Below are positions 9,133 through 18,445 of a stretch of DNA of 20,000 nt, in pieces; the stretch's first letter is position 1; every line of letters begins with the position of its first letter. A program made the position numbers and the translations under genes. The notes under the pieces are model-generated. The model was not told the DNA's origin, made no database searches, and saw only the letters and a list, made by a program, of their open reading frames with translations. The stretch comes from Chrysochromulina tobinii (Eukaryota), in NCBI GenBank assembly GCA_001275005.1, contig JWZX01003313.1:46309-66308 (forward strand). Direction: 5' to 3'.

Positions 9133-10980
9133 ATGCTTCGCAACAGGGTGCTACTGCTTATGCTGGCCTTGTACACGATCATCGCTCTTGCCATGAATTT
9201 CGACCGCGCATTGCCGCTTGCGGTCCTTGAGCTGCTCGCGCTGGCCCTCGTGGCTGGCGGAGCGCTCTTGAAACGCGCCTCCTCCTCCTCCTCACCACTC
9301 GCGCGGGCTATACTCAACGGTGACGAGAGGGACCGTACCCTTCGCAACGCCGCCTCACGCCGACCTCGTGCCCTCGCCGCACTCGCGGTCGCATGCCACC
9401 TCTGCGTCATCGCTGCCCTCAGCGGCTTCGCTGCCGAGCGCTGGTGGCCCGTCTTGGGCATGGCGCTGATCGTGCTCGGCTGCTACGCGGGTTCCAAAGA
9501 CCGCGGCGCGATACGCTGGCGCCCGGTTGCCGCCGGCCTCGCGCTTCAATTCTGGCTCAGTGTGCTGCTTCTGCGCACCTCTTTTGGCCTCGCGGCCGTT
9601 CGATGGACCGCCTCACAAGTGAGTGCGCTACTCGGCTTCGCAGGCATCGGCGCCGCCTTCGTGCTGTGCGGCTCATCCACCGGCTTCGTAGGCTGTGCGA
9701 TGCCCCTCTCCTCCTTCTGGGCCTTCATAGTGCTCTCGGTCACCATCTTCTTTGCGTCTCTGTGCTCAGTCCTTCTCCATGTGGGCGTGCTGCAGGTCGT
9801 CTTTGGACGGCTGGGTGGCGCGCTGAGCGCGTTGCTGGGCGTCTCGCGCGCCGAGGCCATCTGTGCCGTGGCCAACATCTTTCTCGGGCAGACGGAGGCG
9901 CCCTTGCTCGTCCGCCCGATCCTCGGCCGCCTGAATGACTCGCAGCTGCACTGTGTGATGGCGGGCGGCTTTGCCTCGGTGGCTGGCTCAACGCTCGGCG
10001 CATACATCCTTATGGGCGCACCTGCGACGCACCTGCTCGCGGCGTCGGTCACGTCGGCGCCCGCCTCGCTCGCGATCGCCAAGATGCTTCACCCTGACAA
10101 GCCGCGAGGAGCGCGTCGCTCACCCAGAGCCGACGGGTGGAGTCTTCACGGCAGCGCGAAAGCGACGGAGCTCGCTGAGGTCAAAGTGGGCAGCGCGCCT
10201 CTCGGTGAGGAGACGGACGCGGGCAGCAGCGTCAGCAGCAGCGCGCACGCTTCCTCTTCCCGTGAGATCTCTTCTCGTGAGTTCTCTTCTCGTGAGATCG
10301 ACGTGGGTGCCATTCGCACCGTCACCGGTCTGGCGAGGCGCGGCGACCTGAACGGCAAGAAGGTTCGCGTGGTAGGGTACGATGCGACCACGGGCCTCTG
10401 GCACGTCATGGTCGATGTGGAAGGCACCAAAATCGCGCTGCGGCCTGAGAACCTCTACGACCACGGCCCGGGGCTGCTCAGCGGCGGGAACCGGCCGCCG
10501 TCTTCGCCCTCGCTGCCGCCTTCGCCGCCCTCGCCTCCCTCGCTGCCAGGCGAGGGAGCAGCGGCCGAACCGGCCGAACAGGCTGGGCCGGCTGTGAAGG
10601 AGGCTGTGAAGACCGAACAGGCTGGGCCGGCTGAGCCGGCTGCGTCGGCTGAGCCAGCTGCCTCGGATGAGGATCTTCACAGCCTCCTTCGCCGCAACGG
10701 CCTCGAGAAGCTCATCAGCATCTTCGTCGAGAATGGCATCGAGACCGTTCAGGATGTGCGCCTACTCACCGAGAACGACCTCAAAGAACTTAGAGTCCCT
10801 ATCGGGCTCCGTCGCAAACTCCTCGGGGCGGCCGAGGCAGCCGGGCCGGCCGAGGCGGTCGAGGCGGCCGAGGCGGAGGTTGGCAAGGCCGTCACGTCGC
10901 AAAGCCTCCTCAAGTTCTCGATCACCGTGCCAGACGCCCCCCTGAGCGCCCTATTCGCGGCGGCTTCCTCTGCGGCGGCT

Positions 10981-11030
<50 letters not shown>

Positions 11031-11209
11031 ATCGACCTTGCGAGCGCGCTCGAGTCACGCCCACCCACAAGCCCCTGAGACGGTTACGGCCCCGGCTTCG
11101 GGCCGCGATGAAAAGGACGACCTCGAGGATGCGTGGTCGCCTGTGCGGACTCGCACGGCTGCCGGGTCTGAAGCGCCCGAAGTTGTGGAACTTGCGGACG
11201 ACGGCGGTA

Positions 11210-11246
<37 letters not shown>

Positions 11247-11913
11247 AGGCGGCGGAGGCGGCGGAGGCGACGACGACGACGACGAGTTCGATGACGTGGT
11301 CGAGCTGCCCGCTGCCGAGACGGACAATGTGGTGCAAGCGGCGGCCGAGGGCGCCATCAACGCAGTACCGCTCGTCGCTTGCATTGCGGCCACGCTGATC
11401 GCCTTTTTGGCTCTCGTCGCCATGCTCGATACGCTCGCTGGCTTCCTCTTCTCGCTCGTTGGCATCGAGGGGGTCTCTTTCACACGCGCCCTCGGATGGC
11501 TCGGCTTTCCGATCGCGCGGCTCATGGGCGTACCAACGGCGGACTGCGCCTTCGTCGGCCAGCTCATCGGTATCAAGACGGCCACCAACGAGTTCGTCGC
11601 ATTTGCGCGTCTCTCGGACGCCATCCGAGACGGCAGCGTGAGCCCACGCGCTGTAGTGATCGCAAGCTATGCTTTGTGCGGTTTCGCTAATGTGGGCTCG
11701 ATGGGCATCATGGTCGGCGGCCTCTCGACCTTAGCGCCGCACAAGCGCGACGTCCTCTCACGGGAAGTGCCGCGCGCGCTTGTGGCGGGCACGCTCGCCG
11801 CTTTTGCGACCGCGTGCGTGGCCGCGGCCATCTACAGCGAGGACGACGTGAGCGTTGGTCTCCCGTCTCGCACGCACCCCGTTGGTTCAAACAGCACAGA
11901 TGGCCTGGGTTGA
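9133..11913 (+). CDS. Concentrative nucleoside transporter (CNT/SLC28/NupC family) with a large insertion carrying SH3/Tudor-like and SAM domains
   Basis: CNT motifs IRWRPVAAGLALQF, ANIFLGQTEAPLLVRP, GGFASVAGS, NEFVAF, SYALCGFANVGSMGI. Extra N-terminal TMs as in eukaryotic CNTs. Uninterrupted 926-aa ORF. Confidence 0.93.
10984..11028 (+). repeat. (GCG)15 microsatellite encoding poly-Ala in the CNT insertion
   Basis: Pure trinucleotide run, directly visible. Confidence 0.95.
11212..11283 (+). repeat. (GGC/GGA)n poly-Gly followed by (GAC)n poly-Asp in the CNT insertion
   Basis: Directly visible. Confidence 0.95.
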
Positions 11914-12264
11914 TAATTGACGCCGCGGCCATTGGATATTGCGATTCGTGAGGGCAGCACACACCTGTTTCACGGCGATCGTCGTACGTTTGCGTTTCAT
12001 TTGCGTCGCGGTAGGGGTAGCCCGCGCGCCGGGCGTACGTGCCAAACGTGCGCCAGCCGGCCGCCTGGGGTGCATAAAACGAGGATCCTCCTGGCAGGGT
12101 GCATCAAACATGAATGAAAACCTATTTTGTTTGTATTCTCGAGCCTGAGCATAATCCGAAGTCCACGCCGTGCTGGGAAAATTCATGGGAAAATTATATC
12201 ATTGTTTACGGAGGTTTGCCAAAAATGCATCCGCGCCACCGGTCCACCGCGCGCGTGGAACACA

Positions 12265-12951
12265 TTATTGTGCCAGGCTGCGCGTGTCACCCTTCGTTTG
12301 ACACGCACGGCGTGAGGCTAAATGGACAGCACTTATGTTGAGCGTTGCAGGCGCAAATAAAGCGACCGTGGTGTACCCACGGCGCCGCCGGCAATGATTG
12401 TTACATGGCGACGTGCCGGTTTCGAATGGCTTGCGTTCATCATAGTAGATGTTTTGCCAGGAATCTGCGAAGCGTTTTAGGGACAGCCAGCAGAGATGTT
12501 CTGCCATATAACCCTCGTCCGAGAAGCCCATGGCGAGCTTGGCTCCACGTGGCACGGCACCTCGAAGCTGCTGCATCCGGAGCCAAGCCAGGAACCAGAC
12601 GTTGAGGTAGTGCTGGATCCATGTGAAGTATAGATCAGCAGCAGGCATCGGGTCAAGCGTCGATGAGAATGCTGCGCAGATGGACCGGAACCGCCCTTGG
12701 CTCGCTGTTGCACGTTGCGCGAGGGTCGGACAGTAGGAATGATCACGTTCAATCGTCACTGCTGAAGATGTGACATGGCTCACACAATCGATTAGGTCGC
12801 CATGTCTTGAGCCAATCTCAACAAAGGATCTACCGGCAGCCAGGCGAGCGACGTGGTCCATGACTGCAAACGATGCTCGCACGGGCGGTATGTCGTGGGT
12901 GCCGTTCGGACCGAGTAGCAGTGCACATGAAATGTTGGCGCGCATCTCCAT
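12265..12951 (-). CDS. Putative class I SAM-dependent methyltransferase-like protein
   Basis: Motif I-like SFVEIGSRHGD, acidic end of beta-2 (VTIERD), and ADLYFTW in the motif IV position. First ATG at 12951; start uncertain. Confidence 0.55.
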   Translation of the reverse strand: MEMRANISCALLLGPNGTHDIPPVRASFAVMDHVARLAAGRSFVEIGSRHGDLIDCVSHVTSSAVTIERDHSYCPTLAQRATASQGRFRSICAAFSSTLDPMPAADLYFTWIQHYLNVWFLAWLRMQQLRGAVPRGAKLAMGFSDEGYMAEHLCWLSLKRFADSWQNIYYDERKPFETGTSPCNNHCRRRRGYTTVALFAPATLNISAVHLASRRACQTKGDTRSLAQ

Positions 12952-13252
12952 GCAACTTACCGGTAAAAAAGTTTGCCTCGCCGCGCCGCGTGCACCGCTC
13001 ACGGGGGAGCCCGGCGCGCGCTCACAGAACACATCAAACGCGACGGTTCACGCCTCGCGTTCGGTGTGGCGCGCTCTGTCTGTGAATACAGGCGCTCTCG
13101 TTGGGTACAGTGCACTGTAAGTTATCGCGGCTTCATTCACAGTGAATATTCACCGCAACAGATTTGTAATATTTATATTCTCCTCCCCTGGTCTGACTGA
13201 ATATACTGCACTCACTGGCCTGTCGCGACCTCGTACCGGCCGCTCTTATCAC

Positions 13253-14140
13253 TTATGACGCGGGCGGGCCGCTCGCCGGCAAAATCTTCCGGAGCGTCCA
13301 AAAGCACGTCTCACCGGCCGGCATCGCGTCGAGGACCTCAAGGCCGGCCACCTGAAACAGGTACCGATGGTGAGCGTCGGGCCGCGTGATGTTATAGCGC
13401 CTCTTCGGCCCGGAGGGCGTGCTCATGCGAAAGAGGCGTGGATCGGGGCCTGCATGGAATGGTCGGTTCTCCTTGACGAGCATCACGCCATGCGGGGCGC
13501 GCAGCACTTGCGCGAGCGTGCACAGGCTTTTGATTGCGTCCGCGTCGGTCAGGTACTGCAGACACCACTGCACCCAGACCAGGTCGACCGTGCCACCCGC
13601 ACTGTCGTCGGTGAGGCCAAGGTCACCAATCGTGAGCTCCTCCAGCCTCGCCTGCACGAAGCGACATCGTTCGGCGGCGGCACCAACGTATGTCTGCGAG
13701 AGTGCAGACCAGCACGGATCTGCCTCTACAAGGACGACGTCGCGACACCGTGGAAGGAGAACGTGCTTGGTCACACGGCCGGCCCCAGCCCCTGCGTCGA
13801 CCGCCAAACCGAGGCTCGGCAGGCTAAGCCTTGCATGCATGTCATCAAGGTACTTGACGGACTCAAGCACGTCCGCGGCGCTTCCCTCGTCGCCAATCAT
13901 GGCGCTCTCCGTCGAGCATCCACCGTAGCCGCCGTCCGCCCACCAAATCTCATTTGCCAGCTTGTACTGGGCTCGCTCGGCTGTCTGGACAGAGTGGAGC
14001 TCTGCGAGATTGCTGTAAAAGCGTCCTGAATCATCCATGCCACATATGGTGTCTGAACTTCGAAGCGCCGCACGTAGACGCAAGGCCGCGGCTTTGCCGC
14101 TCAGGGTTCTCATCAAGAGGGAGGCCGGCTCGCATGTCAT
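13253..14140 (-). CDS. Alpha-N-terminal protein methyltransferase-like (NTMT1/Tae1 family)
   Basis: AVDAGAGAGRVTKHVLLP, VLVE, DLVWVQWCLQYLTDAD, VKEN and LFQVAGL match NTMT1-family motifs. Start probably 14140 or 14113 rather than 14359. Confidence 0.85.
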   Translation of the reverse strand: MTCEPASLLMRTLSGKAAALRLRAALRSSDTICGMDDSGRFYSNLAELHSVQTAERAQYKLANEIWWADGGYGGCSTESAMIGDEGSAADVLESVKYLDDMHARLSLPSLGLAVDAGAGAGRVTKHVLLPRCRDVVLVEADPCWSALSQTYVGAAAERCRFVQARLEELTIGDLGLTDDSAGGTVDLVWVQWCLQYLTDADAIKSLCTLAQVLRAPHGVMLVKENRPFHAGPDPRLFRMSTPSGPKRRYNITRPDAHHRYLFQVAGLEVLDAMPAGETCFWTLRKILPASGPPAS

Positions 14141-14367
14141 TTCGTCACGAACACTGTTCGCGAACCTCGTACAGTAAAGCTGTGTGAACAGCTTGGTCGT
14201 ACTTGTACAGGTCCTACAAACCGCATTCTCATGCATTCTTTGGTAGTTCTGATTCAACTTGTTCTTATTGAGAATTTCGGACAATTTTGCGTCTTTCGCG
14301 AGTCGCCGCGAAAAGAGGGCCGAGGGCGTCACGGAGGGCTCGAGGGGGACTAATAACATTGGACATC

Positions 14368-15546
14368 ATGGACCAAATTGCCCATGCACAAGTCATCGCC
14401 CTGCGCGCACTTGTCCAAGACGTTTTGCTACCGGCTCACAATGACTTCGATGCTGATGAGTCAGAGCGGCTTCAACGAGAGATGCACGACGAGGAGGTGC
14501 GAGACAACAAACCCCAAAAGGATGCGGTGGGCGGCGCACGAACTCCTACCGTCGCTCTCGGCATGGCGCGCAAGGCGGAGCAGCACCGCCGCGTGCTGCG
14601 TGCATTGCTGAGGGCCTTTGACATGGATTGCGGCCTGCTCGACTCGCTGCCGGCCGTCGGCGACAAGAACTGGCTCGAGATCGTGAGCGAGCGGCTGTGC
14701 ACCGTGGTGCCGGCCGCAGCGTGGCGGCTCTACTGCGAGGTGGAGCCCACGGAGCTCGAGGGCGCAACGCTGCTTGCGCTCGTTGGAGCCCGCGGCGGCC
14801 AGCCTGCCGAGGCTCCGCAGCCACGCGTGTGGCAGCGCCACCGCGACAGGGGCATGCTGCCCATGACGGCATCCTTTCTCGCGCGGCTGGTCGTCCGGCC
14901 GCTCAACCACGTCGCGTCGTTTGCGATCCCAAACGACGCGGCGCTCGAGGCGATAGCGAGCGTCGCACCGCTCATCGAGTGCGGTGCGGGCACAGGCTAC
15001 TGGTCCGCGCTGCTACAAAGCCGCGGCGTCGACTGCCTCGCGTACGACTCGCAGCCGCCGACACCGTCCTTCAACAACGGATTCTTCGATGCGACATACA
15101 CCGAGGTGAAGCAGGGCGATGGCGGCGAGCTGTTCGCGGCCAGGGCGGAGCTCGCGCAGCGCACGCTCCTACTCGTGTGGCCCAATAACCCCGACCCAGT
15201 CGATAACCCGCACCTGCTCCGGCCGGGCGAAAGCCAGCTACAGCCGCTTTGGGATGCGCGCTCGCTCGGTGCGTTCATCGCCGCGGGCGGCGCGACGGTG
15301 GTGTACGTGGGCGAGCGCGAGTCAGAGCTGCGCCTCACCGCAGGCTCGCCGCCCGAGAGTGGCTCCTCGTCGAGTCGCGCCTTCCAACAGCTCCTCGCGG
15401 CCCATTTCGAGCTCGTACGCACCGTCAAGACGCCCACATGGCCCTTCAATGCCGACGACTGTACCATCTGGGAGCGCCGCGGTGGGCGCGGGCGTCACGC
15501 GCCCGCCGCTGGGTTTGTCGTACCCGCGCCCGTCGATTGCACGTGA
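14368..15546 (+). CDS. Putative class I SAM-dependent methyltransferase (uncharacterised family)
   Basis: FAIPNDAALEAIASVAPLIECGAGTGYWSALLQSRGVDCLAYD (motif I GxGxG plus acidic beta-2), RTLLLVWP, VVYVGE. ATG at 14368. Confidence 0.8.
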   Translation: MDQIAHAQVIALRALVQDVLLPAHNDFDADESERLQREMHDEEVRDNKPQKDAVGGARTPTVALGMARKAEQHRRVLRALLRAFDMDCGLLDSLPAVGDKNWLEIVSERLCTVVPAAAWRLYCEVEPTELEGATLLALVGARGGQPAEAPQPRVWQRHRDRGMLPMTASFLARLVVRPLNHVASFAIPNDAALEAIASVAPLIECGAGTGYWSALLQSRGVDCLAYDSQPPTPSFNNGFFDATYTEVKQGDGGELFAARAELAQRTLLLVWPNNPDPVDNPHLLRPGESQLQPLWDARSLGAFIAAGGATVVYVGERESELRLTAGSPPESGSSSSRAFQQLLAAHFELVRTVKTPTWPFNADDCTIWERRGGRGRHAPAAGFVVPAPVDCT

Positions 15547-15823
15547 CGACGTACACGACGCCGTCTCGGCCAGTCTCGTGCGTTTACAACCGTCTCGTCG
15601 CGACGCGCACAAGCCAAGGTCGCACGGCACCGCACCGCACCGGGGGCCCGGCCGCGACGGTCCCCAATTTTGACGGTCCCATTTTCTCGTCGCGAATCTG
15701 ACTCGACATCTCTCGAAATTACGCAAACGGAACCGGGGGCGGGGTGAGACGCGACAGATAAGAGGCCCCAACACACCCATGCAACACAAATCCAACTTAC
15801 TGTCTGCACGTGGTCCTTAGTCT

Positions 15824-16380
15824 CTAACAAAAGGCCATAACCGATGACGACTTTTGCGAGGCGTCGAGCTGGGAGACGAGGCCCTGCGCCAGCGACGCGG
15901 CGCGTTCGAGGATGATCTCAATCGGGCGATCGCCCAAGACAAGCGTGGCGCCCACGCGCTCGGCTGCGCGCCGCGCAGCACGAAAGTCGGCACCCGGTGT
16001 CACGCACCTGCCGGCGCCACAGCAGTTGCACGAGCAAGGAAGACTCGCAATAGCAGCGTGTGCCCAGCTGCCGAGCTTGGCGATGCTCCTCTGTGCACTG
16101 TTTGCAGCAAGCCACCCTCTCCCGACAGCGAGAAGGTGTTTTGAGCGCGGATGCCGTCACCGTCGGCCTCATCAGAGTTCAGAAGCGCCGGACGTGACTG
16201 ACAGAGCTCAACGACGACCGCGTCCGGCCTCAGATGCTCAATTGCTACCTCGACTACTTGTGCAGACAGCTCTGATTGATGCGATGCACCAAGGAGTAAA
16301 TGTTTTCGCCGGGGAGGCAGCCAGCGTCGAGCACACGCAGAGAGGCGGAAGCATTTTTCGAGCACTCGAGGCGGAAGATA
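15824..16380 (-). pseudogene. TraB/TRABD-family pseudogene fragment (frameshifted, truncated at both ends)
   Basis: One frame gives LLGASHQSELSAQVVEVAIEHLRPDAVVVELCQSR and stops at 16000. A second frame resumes at about 16003 with VTPGADFRAARRAAERVGATLVLGDRPIEIILERA and stops at 15824. There is no ATG start and the C-terminal half of TraB is missing. Confidence 0.75.
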
Positions 16381-16482
16381 TTTGTGCTCGGTTTTTGTAC
16401 CTAGCACCGTGGAACCCACCAAATCAAGACAGTGGTTCAGAGTTCCTGTCGTTCGGCACACAAATCCTCGTTCGAATCCCGA

Positions 16483-16830
16483 ATGGCGGCCCCCTGGGAA
16501 CCACACGAAGACGAACGGCTGCGTCGAGCGATTGACCTATACCGTGACCAACGTGGACGACCAATGTGGGGCCCCATTAGCGCCGAGGTTCCGGGGCGAT
16601 CGTACGCCATGTGCCGCAACCGTTGGGCACGAATCATGGCAGCGCCTGAACCAACGCTCATAGACGAATGTGGACGTCCTCCTAATAAGTGTACTGCATG
16701 TGGCCAGATAAAAAAGGGGCACACCTGCACAGCCACAAGGGAGTTGGATCTGGCACGAGTCAAGGAGGAGGGGGAAGTATCCTGGCCCTTGGAAGAACTC
16801 ATCGCCGTGTTCAACGAACAAATTGTATAG
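16483..16830 (+). CDS. Small Myb/SANT-domain protein with a C-terminal CxxC...HxC zinc-knuckle-like motif
   Basis: WEPHEDERLRRAI...WGPISAEVPGRSYAMCRNRW (three spaced Trp of a Myb repeat), followed by NKCTACGQIKKGHTC. 115 aa. Confidence 0.85.
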   Translation: MAAPWEPHEDERLRRAIDLYRDQRGRPMWGPISAEVPGRSYAMCRNRWARIMAAPEPTLIDECGRPPNKCTACGQIKKGHTCTATRELDLARVKEEGEVSWPLEELIAVFNEQIV

Positions 16831-16878
16831 GTGAGTACGGTAGAAGACATTGTAAAAATAGCTTTTGAATCTCAACCT

Positions 16879-18347
16879 TCAAAAGCTCGTGGCCTCATAG
16901 TGATTCCAAGCGGCCTGTAGGCGCTCGCGTAACCGTTGCTTCCCGGGTGCGTCGAGGAAGCACGCCTCGACGGCGTCGGCGGCGAGCAGGCGCAGTGCGG
17001 GCGCGCCGAGCCCCATGCCGGTGGCCACGAGCTCACACTCATCCGTGAGCGAGCTGCCGAAGACGGCGGGGTCGTCCGAGTTGACCGTCACCCGTGGCAG
17101 CGCGGCGGCGGACGCGGCGTCGCCACTTGCCTCGGCGACCATGCGTAAACGGTAGAGTTGAGCCAGAGGATGCTCTGACCACGTGGCGCCAGTCCAGCCG
17201 CGCGTGCTGCGCGACGAGGTCGGGCAGCACTCGAAGGTGAGAGGCGCCTTCAGTCCGAGCGAGTCGAACGCCGCCGCCACCTCCGCCGGCCTCGGAGGTG
17301 CACCGTCTGCCGCGGACGCGGACGCCATCTCGAGCGCAGCGGCCACTGCAGCGTACCTGATGAGAGATGCAATCCATGGCAATCAGTGGCAATCAGCGGA
17401 CCCGTGGCCGATGCGGGTAGCTCTCTGATGAGAGATGCAATCCGTGGCAATCCGTGGCGATCAGCGGACCCGTGGCCGATGCGGGTGGCTCGGCCGTACG
17501 CATCGCTGACGGCGGCGCTGACGTTGGCGGCGATGCCCGTCTCGCCCGCATGGTTCGTGATGCCGAGGCCCATCTCGCGGCACTTCCGAAGCGCCTGGCG
17601 GTGCTTGGCGCTGTTCTCGCTCTGAGAAGCGCCGGTTTCACACCAGACTCCATTCACAGTAGTAGAAGCCGCAGGCACAAAATGGTCCTCGCCGGCAGCA
17701 ATGTCCACCCCGACGATCGGGCAAGTCTCGAGCGGCTGTGCGCCAAAGGGCAGGGCGCTCGCAGCGGCGCTCGCGGCGCGCCCCGTGCTCGCGATCTGCA
17801 TGAGCGAGTCAATCCACTCTACCTTCCCGTCGAGAAAGCATAAGATCTGGGTGATCTCGGTGCCCGGGTGTTTCTCACAGCCGCGGCGAAGGCCGCGCGT
17901 GACCGCCTCGACCACCGCCTGCGCCTGCGCGTGCATGTCGTCGCTCCCGCTTGCATTCGCACCCGCATCGCCGTCGTACGTGCCCACGCTCGTCATGATG
18001 TGTGGCGAATAGCGAACCTCGGTGTAGAGAACATTCTGCGCTGCCTGGCGGCTCACGAAGGCGCACGCGAGTTCCTCGATGATGGGAAGGTTGCCCTGTA
18101 CGAAGGTGAGGAAGAAGACGAAACGATCGATCATCGACTTGAGCGACTGGTCCTCGGGATGGCAGCTCACAAGCTTCGTGAAGGCCTCAACGTCATCACC
18201 GCACTCGGACACCTTGGCCGCAATGTCCTCGGACAACTTACCATCAGCGAGGCAAGCCTTGGCGGCGCGGTGCAGCACGCCGGCATCAAAGGCACCGTCG
18301 AGGTGCACGTGCAGCTCGACCTTGGGCATTCGCACCGTCGAGGCCAT
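16879..18347 (-). CDS. ADA: Adenosine deaminase; two exons, join(17470..18347, 16879..17356), 451 aa
   Basis: PKVELHVHLDG, YTEVRYSPH, GVDIAAGE, HAGE, ECCPTSS, NSDDP. Removing the GT..AG intron 17469-17357 restores RIGHG-Y in frame. Confidence 0.93.
17357..17469 (-). other. 113-nt spliceosomal intron in ADA, made of two 45-nt GT..AG units separated by a 23-nt exon-derived copy
   Basis: GTCCGCTGAT...CTCATCAG occurs twice (17425-17469 and 17357-17401). Removing the whole segment joins GG|G TAC (Gly-Tyr). Confidence 0.85.
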
Positions 18348-18445
18348 TCCCGCGCCAGAAAGTAAGACCCCGCAAGAGAAGCTCGTACCGGTAACGCCGC
18401 TCTGTGAACAAACTGTGAACCTTTCTAGGAGAAACTCTTCTGCTT

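Noticed and set aside
14141..14359. N-terminal extension of the NTMT1-like ORF
   Set aside because: AT-richer, without family similarity, and starting 9 bp from the divergent gene's ATG; more likely a bidirectional promoter or UTR.
16483..16830. Myb gene as the second ORF of a PIF/Harbinger transposon
   Set aside because: No transposase, terminal inverted repeats or TAA/TTA target duplication are identifiable in the window.
17250..17469. C-terminus of the 399-aa ADA ORF as given in the ORF track
   Set aside because: It reads through the intron and lacks the ECCP and SDDP motifs, which lie in the other frame after splicing.
17357..17492. Direct repeats that could suggest a CRISPR array
   Set aside because: Only two units, a eukaryotic context and no cas genes; explained as a duplicated exon end + intron.
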